Source of the DNA: Bdellovibrionales bacterium
GTDB taxonomy: Bacteria; Bdellovibrionota; Bdellovibrionia; Bdellovibrionales; JAUICD01
Direction of reading: 5' to 3'
NCBI GenBank assembly: GCA_965203275.1
Contig: OZ241865.1
Coordinates: forward strand, 1,376,001 to 1,440,000
DNA: 64,000 nt
The notes under the pieces were generated by a model, which was not told the origin of the DNA, searched no databases, and was given only the letters and a program-made list of their open reading frames with translations. How positions within the stretch are numbered: the first letter of the stretch is position 1; the number at the start of each line of letters is the position of its first letter. This document shows, in pieces, positions 20,998 to 29,822 of the stretch. The translations under genes were made by a program, and so were the position numbers.

Positions 20998-21975
20998 TTA
21001 TTTTTTCAGCTTGAGAATGTCATTTTTAGACAAACCTGTCATTGTAGAGATCAATGAAATATTAAGATTTTCTTTTAACATATTTAGTGCTATTTTTTCC
21101 ATTCCTTTCTCCATCCCTTCCTCACGACCCTTCTCAATACCCTTCTTAAAACCCTTCTCCATCCCTTCTTCACGACCCTTCTCAAGACCTTCTTCACGAC
21201 CCTCGTCACGAACAAATTCTTCTCTGTCTACTTGATCCCTCCTAGCTCTCTCTTTCACCATATCAAGCTCTTGTAATGTCTCATCTTTTGATAATACCCA
21301 TAAATGCTCAGCTGCCTCTGCCATGATGCCTCCTTTATCTTTGAAATACAAATATTCCTTTTGGTCCATCTGACCCGACCTCTTTAAAAAATAACACCAA
21401 TTCTCTTTTATGTCAATTAATTCTCCTAATTGGGACTGAAATTTATCTAATTCTACTATCACAAAACTCATACCCCGTGACATCACTACTTCTGGATGCC
21501 CTATCCGACGAATATTGCAAACATGGTAATAGTCCTTTATTCCTTCAAATTCTTTTAAATTTACAGTTGTGAAAACCAATGAATACACGGGAAGTAACTT
21601 ATCAACATTCTCCCCTTTCCTAATTTGACCTGAATAGAGCCGAGATAAATACATCAGTAACCTATCCGTAAAATGCTTTTGAGCTGTCGTTTGAACTTCT
21701 ACATTCGCAGTCTCTGTATTTTGAAGAACGCCATTAATCCTTCTTCTTAACTGTACTCGCAAATCTAAAACAAAAAATTTATACTCCTCTGGGAATTTAT
21801 CCGATGGAAGTTCTGTATTTAATATATGGATGTCTTCTATTACAGAACCCTCTGGCAATGGAAGAAAATTCTCCATTATTGAAATCAAAAGCTTTTTCTT
21901 CCTTGTAAAGAATGCCTTAAAATTACGATCCTGTGTTAAACTTAAATTCTTGCTTGGTTTTTTCATCTTGTACAC
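20998..21975 (-). CDS. Rpn family recombination-promoting nuclease (PD-(D/E)XK) with EKG-type C-terminal repeats
   Basis: DRNFKAFF, LDLRV, NVEVQ, DRLLMYLSRLY, IVELDKF and EGREEG/EKG repeats ending IALNMLKENLNISLISTMTGLS. Confidence 0.88.
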   Translation of the reverse strand: MYKMKKPSKNLSLTQDRNFKAFFTRKKKLLISIMENFLPLPEGSVIEDIHILNTELPSDKFPEEYKFFVLDLRVQLRRRINGVLQNTETANVEVQTTAQKHFTDRLLMYLSRLYSGQIRKGENVDKLLPVYSLVFTTVNLKEFEGIKDYYHVCNIRRIGHPEVVMSRGMSFVIVELDKFQSQLGELIDIKENWCYFLKRSGQMDQKEYLYFKDKGGIMAEAAEHLWVLSKDETLQELDMVKERARRDQVDREEFVRDEGREEGLEKGREEGMEKGFKKGIEKGREEGMEKGMEKIALNMLKENLNISLISTMTGLSKNDILKLKK

Positions 21976-22117
21976 CTCATTCTTGTTATCTTAAGTTTAA
22001 TAGTAAAAAATCACTTAAGTCAAATATACTTTGTTTGTCATAACATTTGACTGACTTATAACTATTCTAAGAATAATATGTATTATTCTGTGATCTTTTC
22101 TACAAAGATCATTCCTC

Positions 22118-22280
22118 TGGGAATCCAGATCCCGGGATCCCAGCTCCCAGATAAACTCCATACTAAAAAAACAAGGCAAATTTTGACACCATGTTCAGAA
22201 AAAAGCATTTTTTAAAATTATTTTAAGGAATATTTCCACGATATGGTGTAAAAGGCAATGAGGTTTTTTCTACTCAAAAT
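22118..22280. repeat. Degenerate heptamers and element-tail remnants
   Basis: gatcccgggatcccag, tgacaccatgttcagaaa and ctactcaaaat. Confidence 0.45.
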
Positions 22281-22358
22281 ACATGGTGCATCTTAAAACA
22301 CATAGTGCATCTTATAAATATCAAAATATATAGCACATACATAAACTAAGGAATACAA

Positions 22359-25300
22359 ATGCCTAAAAAACAAGACATATCATCGGTTTTAATTGTTGGA
22401 GCTGGACCAATTGTGATTGGACAGGCTTGTGAGTTTGATTACTCTGGTACACAAGCCTGCAAAGCCCTTAAAGAAGAAGGCATCCGAGTCATTTTAATTA
22501 ATTCTAATCCAGCAACTATTATGACAGACCCTCAAATGGCTGATGCCACTTATATTGAACCTATTACACTTGAATCTATTGAAAAAATTATTATTAAAGA
22601 AAAACCTGACGCTCTATTAAGTACTGTGGGAGGACAAACTGCTCTTAACACAGGACTAGAGCTATGGAAAAAGGGAGTGTTAGATAAATACAATGTACAA
22701 ATGATTGGTGCTAAACCAGAGGTGATTGAAAAAGCAGAAGATCGCCAGCTTTTCAACAAAGCTATGGAAAAAATCGGACTGGAAGTTCCTCGAAGTGCCA
22801 TTGTTTCATCTCTACAAGAAGGACTTGAACAGCTAGACAAAATTGGCTTACCTGCAATCCTCCGTCCATCTTTTACTTTAGGCGGAATAGGTGGAGGGAT
22901 TGCTCACAACTTAGAAGAGTTTAAGCAAATCCTTAACTATGGGTTGGGTCTTTCACCCAACCATCAGGTTTTGATCAATGAGTCTGTCTTAGGCTGGAAA
23001 GAATATGAAATGGAAGTTGTCCATGACCACAATAACACGGCCATTATTATTTGTTCTATAGAAAATTTAGACCCTATGGGTGTACACACTGGAGATAGTA
23101 TCACTGTAGCTCCTGCTCTTACTCTGACAGACAAAGAATACCAAGAAATGCGAGAAGCTTCTATTGCTGTATTAAGAGAAATTGGCGTTGAAACAGGGGG
23201 ATCTAATGTGCAGTTTGCTATTAATCCTCAAAATGGCAAAATGTTTGTGATAGAAATGAACCCTCGAGTTTCCCGATCTTCTGCATTGGCCTCTAAGGTG
23301 ACAGGCTTTCCCATTGCTAAAGTAGCTGCTAAGCTGGCCATTGGCTATACATTAGATGAAATTCAAAACGATGTGACACAAGCAACACCCATTTGTTTTG
23401 AACCCTCTATCGATTATATTGTAACCAAAATCCCTCGTTTTAACTTTGAAAAATTCAATGGCACGAAGCCTATTTTATCTAGCTCTATGCAATCTGTAGG
23501 TGAGGTGATGTCTATTGGTCGTAGCTTTGCTGAAAGCCTACAAAAAGGACTTTGTTCTTTAGAAATAGGACTTACAGGCCTTAACACCCCTATCATTGAA
23601 GGAATAGACCAAACACAAACTCAAACCCAAACCCAAACCCAAACTCAAACCAAGCAAGAAAAACAAGCTATTTTAAAAAAAACTTTAAGCAGTTTATATT
23701 CTGATCGCATCTTACAAGTGGCAGAAGCTTTAAGATGGGACTTGTCTGTTGATGAAATCTATAAAATCACAGGTATTGATCCCTGGTTTTTAAAAGAGAT
23801 CCAAAAAATTATCATAAAAGAGAAAAAAATCCAAACTCAAGGCCTACCTACAAATAAAATAAAGCTTTTACGTTTAAAAAAAATGGGCTTTTCTGATGCC
23901 CGTTTAGCAGAACTTTCTGGGAAAACTCAAGAAGAGATTTGTCAGTTAAGACACCAATTAAATATTAGACCTGTTTTTAAAAGAGTGGACACCTGTGCAG
24001 GTGAGTTTGAGTGTAAAACAGCTTATTTATATTCTAGTTATGAAGGTGATGGTCTTTCAACAACGGAGTGTGAGGCTTTCCCCTCGACCCAAAAAAAGGT
24101 CATTATACTAGGCAGTGGTCCTAACCGTATTGGTCAAGGCATTGAATTTGACTATAGTTGTGTGCATGCAGCTATGAGCCTCTCTGCTACTCATCTAGAA
24201 ACCATTATGATCAATTGTAATCCTGAAACAGTTTCTACAGATTATGACACTTCTGATAAATTATACTTTGAAGGACTTTGTGCAGAAAATGTTTTAGAGA
24301 TCATTCATTGTGAACAACAAAAAGGACAACTCTTAGGAGTGATTGTGCAGTTGGGAGGGCAAACCCCTCTTAAATTATCACAAGCTTTACAAAAAGCCAA
24401 TGTTCCTATTTTAGGTACCTCACCTGACAAGATTGACTTAGCCGAAAATAGAGAACGTATGCAAAAACTACTGACTCATTTAAAGATCAAACAACCTCAA
24501 AGCACTATAGCTTATAATATGAAAGAGATGGCTTCTACAATTGGCAATCTAGGCTATCCTGTTGTCATACGCCCTTCTAATGTGTTAGGTGGGCGGGCTA
24601 TGGCTATTTTGAAAAGCCCTCAATGTTTAGAAAGATATTTAAAAGAAAATCAATATATGATTTTAGATGGGCCTATTTTAATTGATAGGTTTTTAGAAAA
24701 TGCAATAGAGGTTGACGTAGACGCAATCAGTGATGGCAAGGATGTTTATATTGCAGGTATGATGCAACATATTGAACATGCAGGCATTCATTCAGGAGAT
24801 TCAGCTTGTGTCCTCCCTCCTTATAGCTTATCAAAATCCCTCCAAAATGAAATAACCCAAAGTACTGTCCATTTAGCAAAAGCCTTGTCCATAAAAGGTT
24901 TTATTAATGTTCAGTATGCTATATATAAGGAAAAACTTTATGTGATTGAGGTCAATCCAAGAGTTTCACGGACTGTGCCTTTTGTTGCTAAAGCTACAGG
25001 TGTGCCGATTGTAGCAATAGCCTCTCAAATTATAGTAGCATTTCAAAAGCTTGCTGATTTTAATTTGCCATCTAGTGTGCCTGAGCATTTCTCTGTCAAA
25101 GAAGTGGTTTTACCTTTTTCTCGATTGTCTGGTGCAGATACACTCTTAGGGCCAGAAATGAAATCCACAGGAGAAGCTATGGGTTGGGATCAGAACTTAC
25201 CTATAGCCTTTGCTAAAACTCAAGTGGCAGCTTTTAATCCCATCCAGACACAAGGGACAGCTTTAGTTGTCTATCCAAAAGAACTCAAAGAACAAGCTTT

Positions 25301-25742
25301 ATTTATGCTTAAGTCATTTATTGGTTTAGGTTTTAAAGTAGGTATTTTAAGGGAGCTTATAGGAGATCTATCAGAAGAAGAATCAAAAAGCATTTTTTCT
25401 TTAGAAGATGCTTTATTTACATTTATAAGACAGGAGAAAAAAACAAAGGATCATCAGAGCAGAGGAGAGCAACAAGATTTTGCTTCTTTAAGTTTGGTAG
25501 ATTTGTTAGATTTTATACAGTCAAAAAGGATAGATTTTGTAGTGAATGTGGATCGCAGTGAACGTTTAAAAGTTTTTAGAAAAGCTATTTTATTAAGTCA
25601 TCTAAGTTGCTTTTCTACCCATGAATCTGCTTTATCAGCTCTTGACTTCATAAAGTACAGTCATAGCAAAAATATATCTCCTAATGCTTGGAATATTGCT
25701 CCTATTCAATCTTTACTCTCCCACCAGTCATCTTGTTTGTGA
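22359..25742 (+). CDS. carB: Carbamoyl-phosphate synthase large subunit
   Basis: [35 protein letters not shown] and [13 protein letters not shown]. Confidence 0.97.
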   Translation: MPKKQDISSVLIVGAGPIVIGQACEFDYSGTQACKALKEEGIRVILINSNPATIMTDPQMADATYIEPITLESIEKIIIKEKPDALLSTVGGQTALNTGLELWKKGVLDKYNVQMIGAKPEVIEKAEDRQLFNKAMEKIGLEVPRSAIVSSLQEGLEQLDKIGLPAILRPSFTLGGIGGGIAHNLEEFKQILNYGLGLSPNHQVLINESVLGWKEYEMEVVHDHNNTAIIICSIENLDPMGVHTGDSITVAPALTLTDKEYQEMREASIAVLREIGVETGGSNVQFAINPQNGKMFVIEMNPRVSRSSALASKVTGFPIAKVAAKLAIGYTLDEIQNDVTQATPICFEPSIDYIVTKIPRFNFEKFNGTKPILSSSMQSVGEVMSIGRSFAESLQKGLCSLEIGLTGLNTPIIEGIDQTQTQTQTQTQTQTKQEKQAILKKTLSSLYSDRILQVAEALRWDLSVDEIYKITGIDPWFLKEIQKIIIKEKKIQTQGLPTNKIKLLRLKKMGFSDARLAELSGKTQEEICQLRHQLNIRPVFKRVDTCAGEFECKTAYLYSSYEGDGLSTTECEAFPSTQKKVIILGSGPNRIGQGIEFDYSCVHAAMSLSATHLETIMINCNPETVSTDYDTSDKLYFEGLCAENVLEIIHCEQQKGQLLGVIVQLGGQTPLKLSQALQKANVPILGTSPDKIDLAENRERMQKLLTHLKIKQPQSTIAYNMKEMASTIGNLGYPVVIRPSNVLGGRAMAILKSPQCLERYLKENQYMILDGPILIDRFLENAIEVDVDAISDGKDVYIAGMMQHIEHAGIHSGDSACVLPPYSLSKSLQNEITQSTVHLAKALSIKGFINVQYAIYKEKLYVIEVNPRVSRTVPFVAKATGVPIVAIASQIIVAFQKLADFNLPSSVPEHFSVKEVVLPFSRLSGADTLLGPEMKSTGEAMGWDQNLPIAFAKTQVAAFNPIQTQGTALVVYPKELKEQALFMLKSFIGLGFKVGILRELIGDLSEEESKSIFSLEDALFTFIRQEKKTKDHQSRGEQQDFASLSLVDLLDFIQSKRIDFVVNVDRSERLKVFRKAILLSHLSCFSTHESALSALDFIKYSHSKNISPNAWNIAPIQSLLSHQSSCL

Positions 25743-25944
25743 AGATTTGTTATTTTATGGATAGTGACTATAGAGTTTTTTAAAACAGAAAGACATATAT
25801 ATTTGTATTATATTGATACAAAATCCTAGAAAAATCATATATTCTTTATATTTTTCGCTCAATTGCCGATAATTTGTTTATAATATAGTATATTAGACCA
25901 TTGTAAAAAGCATGATTTAAGTTAAAAAACAAAGGAGTTTTAAA

Positions 25945-26556
25945 ATGACTTTAAATATAAAAGGATTTTCTCTTATAGAACTAATGGTGGTTGTAGCTAT
26001 TATTGGTCTTTTAAGTACTGTGGCTATCCCCCAATATCAAAAGTACAAGCAGAGAGCTATACAAGCTGAGGCTAAACTTTCCTTATCTACACTTTACACA
26101 ATGGAAAAAGTATTTATCACCAATTATGGATGGGGTACGTCTAACTTTTCACAACTTGGCTTTGAACCAAAGGGCGTTTATCATTATACGGCAGGATGGG
26201 GTTTTCAAGCAAAGAATGGGACGCCTTTCAATGTCAATGAGAAAACAAGGGTAGCCATAACAGCAACACCTTACACAGGGCCTCTAAGTACTCGTGGTAC
26301 ATTAAACATATTTAATAGATGTAGAAGTAATGCAAGGCCAAATAGAAAAAACCATAATTGTTTTTTGAAAACGAGGAGTGGTGGCCTGGGCCTACCACAT
26401 ATCGCCACAAGGGCCCAGACTGGCTTAGCTCAAGACAGACATGTAAGGATAGATAACATTGGATACAAAAATGTAAAGTTTTTAATTGGAGCACAAAATA
26501 TGCATAGAGATAAGTGGATTATAACAGAGAATAAAACACTAGTTAATTTTGATTAA
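25945..26556 (+). CDS. Type IV pilin (PilA/PilE-like)
   Basis: KG|FSLIELMVVVAIIGLLSTVAIPQY. RBS aaggag. Confidence 0.9.
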   Translation: MTLNIKGFSLIELMVVVAIIGLLSTVAIPQYQKYKQRAIQAEAKLSLSTLYTMEKVFITNYGWGTSNFSQLGFEPKGVYHYTAGWGFQAKNGTPFNVNEKTRVAITATPYTGPLSTRGTLNIFNRCRSNARPNRKNHNCFLKTRSGGLGLPHIATRAQTGLAQDRHVRIDNIGYKNVKFLIGAQNMHRDKWIITENKTLVNFD

Positions 26557-26617
26557 TTATGTTCCTGAGCATATAGAAAGGCCAACAGAACTTTTTTTAA
26601 AGTCCTTGAAGTTTGCT

Positions 26618-27595
26618 TCAAGAGTGACTTTTAAGTGCAAGTTCTTCAAAAAGCAATGCTCTATCTACATAACCTTCTATCCGATAAGTCATCTCTAAAG
26701 TAAATTTAAAAAGTTCAAAAAGCTTTTGATTTGGTACACCTGAGACTTTTACAAAATGAGGCTTTAAATCTTTATTCATTAAATCTTCATATCCAAGCCT
26801 TAAAAGCAATATATCTCTTAAAAACTGCCCTAGATAAGTGACCACCCAAAGAGCTTCAAGACGATCCAATGATTGTGTTTGTTGTTTGATTTTTAAAAAA
26901 GCATCAGAAATATAAGACTGAAATAAGTTTTCAAAAATATCTATAGCCTCCTGTCTTAAATGGCTGTTGTTTAAAAATTGATGGAGCAAATCCGCTCGCC
27001 CTTGACAAGATTTTAACATCCAATCAGGTAAGCTATCTTTTTGCATTATTTTTTGGAGGTTCTCAGGAGATAAAGGAGAGAAGACAAGACTCTGAAAACG
27101 ACTATTTAAAGTAGGCAAAATATGACCTCTACTATTTGTAATAAAAATAAAATATGTGTTTGCTTGAGAGGCTTTGTTGTGAGGAGGTTCTTCAAGTGTT
27201 TTAAGAAGGATATTGGAGGCTTGTAGATTGAGACATTCTGCATCCTTTACAATGACAACCTTAGCTTTTCCTAAAGCTCGAAATTGTAAAAAATCAATAA
27301 TGCTTTTGGCTTGCTCTACCCCAATGATATTTTTTTCAGGTGCTATATAACAAAGACTTTCACTTTGCTGAGAAGCTATCCTTAAACAAGGACCACACTG
27401 ACCACAAGCTTGCAAAAAAGATATAGGTTTTTCACAAAGCATACACTGAGTTAAGGCAAGTGCCATACCAGATTTACCTATCCCAGAGGGACCTAGAAAA
27501 AGCAAATTATAAGGCAAACAATCTTGCTCAAGCAATTTTGCAAGTTTTGTTTTCATTGCCTGATGGCCTTGAATATTTTGAATAAGACAGGTCAT
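26618..27595 (-). CDS. holB: DNA polymerase III delta-prime subunit
   Basis: LFLGPSGIGK, CGQCGPC, ASNILLKTLEEPP and ILPTLNSR. Start trimmed to MTCLIQ because the ORF extension lies inside element A. Confidence 0.88.
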   Translation of the reverse strand: MTCLIQNIQGHQAMKTKLAKLLEQDCLPYNLLFLGPSGIGKSGMALALTQCMLCEKPISFLQACGQCGPCLRIASQQSESLCYIAPEKNIIGVEQAKSIIDFLQFRALGKAKVVIVKDAECLNLQASNILLKTLEEPPHNKASQANTYFIFITNSRGHILPTLNSRFQSLVFSPLSPENLQKIMQKDSLPDWMLKSCQGRADLLHQFLNNSHLRQEAIDIFENLFQSYISDAFLKIKQQTQSLDRLEALWVVTYLGQFLRDILLLRLGYEDLMNKDLKPHFVKVSGVPNQKLFELFKFTLEMTYRIEGYVDRALLFEELALKSHS

Positions 27596-27612
27596 AACAA
27601 TACCTTTGGTTG

Positions 27613-28545
27613 GTTCACTAAAAGTGGTCTGACCTCTGGTCACTTTCTGGCAATGACCACGATGGCTTTCGCCATCGATAAAATGGTCATTGCCTAGAAA
27701 GCCTGACCACTTTTAGTAGGGAGGATATCCTCATTTCTTAACACGATGTTAAGGAAAAAGATTTCCTTCTGATGCCGGTTGCCAAATCCCGGATCCCGGA
27801 TAAACACCATATTAAGGAAAAAGTTCCTTTATTGCAAGCCACTTGCTCCTTAAAAACATTTTAGAAGCATATCTTGTTTCCTTAACATGGTGTAAGAAGC
27901 AAGAAGATTCGCCCTACTCAAAATGCATAGATTTTTGAGGCAATGACTATTTTGTCAACGGCGTAAGCCGTTGCGGTCATTGCCCAAAAACATGCCAGAG
28001 GCATGATGCATTTTGAGTGAAATGTTAAGGAAAAAGAGTTTCATTGAGATTTCTTAGAGAGCCAAGACTAATATAGTAAAATTTCCTACGATCTTTTGCT
28101 GTAGGTTTAGCAGATCCTTCAGCTAAGTTAAGTACAATACTTGAGACAGCCCTTCGAAATTGACTTCTATGAGGCTCTTTCAGATGTAATTTTTTAGAAT
28201 TACGATAAAATTGAGTAGCTAATTGATAAGTTTTGAATTTTTGTTTTTGTTTCACTCAAAATAAATCATGCCTCTGGCATGTTTTCTGGCAGTTAGCCCA
28301 ACGGCTTATCGCCGTTGATCAAAGGCTAACTGCCTAGAAAATCCATTTATTTTGAGTAGGGAGGATCCTTTTTTTTTCTTAATACCATGTTAAGGAAAAA
28401 GTTCTTTTTAAACCCGCCAGGGCTTGGGAGGAAATTTTTTAGATGCAAAAATTCATTACAATCAATACTCTGGAACCTGATCCCGGATCCCTGATCCCGG
28501 ATCCCGGATCCCAGATCCCGGTTCCCGGATCCCGGATAAACACCT
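27613..28545. mobile_element. Structured-repeat cluster 5 between holB and tmk, containing a four-helix-bundle fragment
   Basis: Forward A about 27616-27765, heptamers, reverse A about 27877-28020, forward A about 28253-28405, heptamers 28476-28537. Confidence 0.78.
28025..28255 (-). pseudogene. Truncated four-helix-bundle protein (TIGR02436/23S-IVS/Avd-like fold)
   Basis: FKTYQLA...QFRRAVSSIVLNLAEGS...DRRKFYYISLGSLR. Both ends of the ORF are element sequence and the last helix is missing. Confidence 0.75.
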
Positions 28546-28581
28546 CTAATACCAACATCTTACATCTTAACGTATAGATAT

Positions 28582-29232
28582 CTAAGTAGCTTCAATGAAT
28601 TTTCTTGCAATGATCTCTTTGATCACAGCTTGCTTGAGCTGAGACACATCTTGTATGGAATTCAATACAAGCCACTTATTTGGTTCTTCATTAATTTGAT
28701 CTAAATAAGCTTGTCTAACATTTTGATGAAACTCTATATTTTCAAGCTCAAAGCGATCGAGTGCAATACCATCCTTTTGGCTACGAATATGGCAACGTCT
28801 TTGGGCTTCCTCAACAGGAAGATCCAAAAATACAATGAGATCAGGAGATAGTCCATTTGTTGCAAAAAAATTGAGCCACTGCACATCTTTAATATTTAAC
28901 TGCCGTCCACCCGCTTGAAAGGCCACAGAGCTATAAGTGAAGCGATCACACAACACCCAGCCTTTTTTATTTAAAAAAGGTTTAATTTTATGTTCAACAT
29001 GTTGCGATCGGATGGCCTCGTAAAGTAGGAGTTCTGCCTTAGGGGTCGGGATATCAGAGTCTTTACTTTTATGACGAGTTAAAATACTTCTCAGTTCATA
29101 TCCTAAAGGAGTTCCTCCTGGCTCTTTTGTTATTAGATATTCAATATTTTTTGAAGATAACCAAAAGGCAAGCTCTTTGATCAAAGTGCTTTTGCCAGAT
29201 CCATCCAATCCTTCAAAAACTAAAAATGCCAT
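28582..29232 (-). CDS. tmk: Thymidylate kinase
   Basis: FEGLDGSGKST, KEPGGT, LCDRF and DRFE. Confidence 0.95.
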   Translation of the reverse strand: MAFLVFEGLDGSGKSTLIKELAFWLSSKNIEYLITKEPGGTPLGYELRSILTRHKSKDSDIPTPKAELLLYEAIRSQHVEHKIKPFLNKKGWVLCDRFTYSSVAFQAGGRQLNIKDVQWLNFFATNGLSPDLIVFLDLPVEEAQRRCHIRSQKDGIALDRFELENIEFHQNVRQAYLDQINEEPNKWLVLNSIQDVSQLKQAVIKEIIARKFIEAT

Positions 29233-29272
29233 AATTAAAAGTTTTTACCTCAATAAAGAATGGAAGTCAATT

Positions 29273-29712
29273 TGTCTCACTCAAAATAAATCATGCCTCT
29301 GGCATGTTTTCTGGCAGTTAGCCCGACGACTACCGCCGTCGTAAAAGGCTGGCTACCTCAAAAGTCCGTTTACTTTTAGTAGGGGAGGATCCTTTTTTTT
29401 TCTTAATACCATGTTAAGGAAAAAGTTCTTTTTAAACCCGCCAGGGCTTGGGAGGAAATTTTTTAGATGCAAAAATTCATTACAATCAATACTCTGGAAC
29501 CTGATCCCAGATCCCGGATCCCGGGATCCCGGTTCCCGGATCCCAGGATCCCGGATCCCGGTTCCCGGATCCCAGGATCCCGGATCCCGGATCCCGGATC
29601 CCGGGATCCCGGATGAATACCATATTAAGAAACAAAAGGATCTTCCCTTACTTGAAATGAACGGCATGATGCATTTTGAGTGAAAATGACGGCTAGTTCA
29701 ATTTTAGGGAAC
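29273..29712. mobile_element. Structured-repeat cluster 6: chimeric A, long heptamer array, inverted heads
   Basis: A at 29278-29430. GGATCCC array at about 29500-29614. Inverted heads at 29660-29712. Confidence 0.75.
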
Positions 29713-29822
29713 TGGTGATTTGCAAAAAAGAGAGTGGATGCTGTTGCTTTGGCTTGGGAATAACTTGGAATTTAAAAAGATGGAATTAGTTGCATGAAGT
29801 TAAGCTTATTAAAATACAAGTA

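Noticed and set aside
22277..22345. Short direct repeats (cat.gtgcatctta) upstream of carB as a regulatory site
   Set aside because: Only two imperfect copies, with no recognisable ArgR or PyrR pattern.
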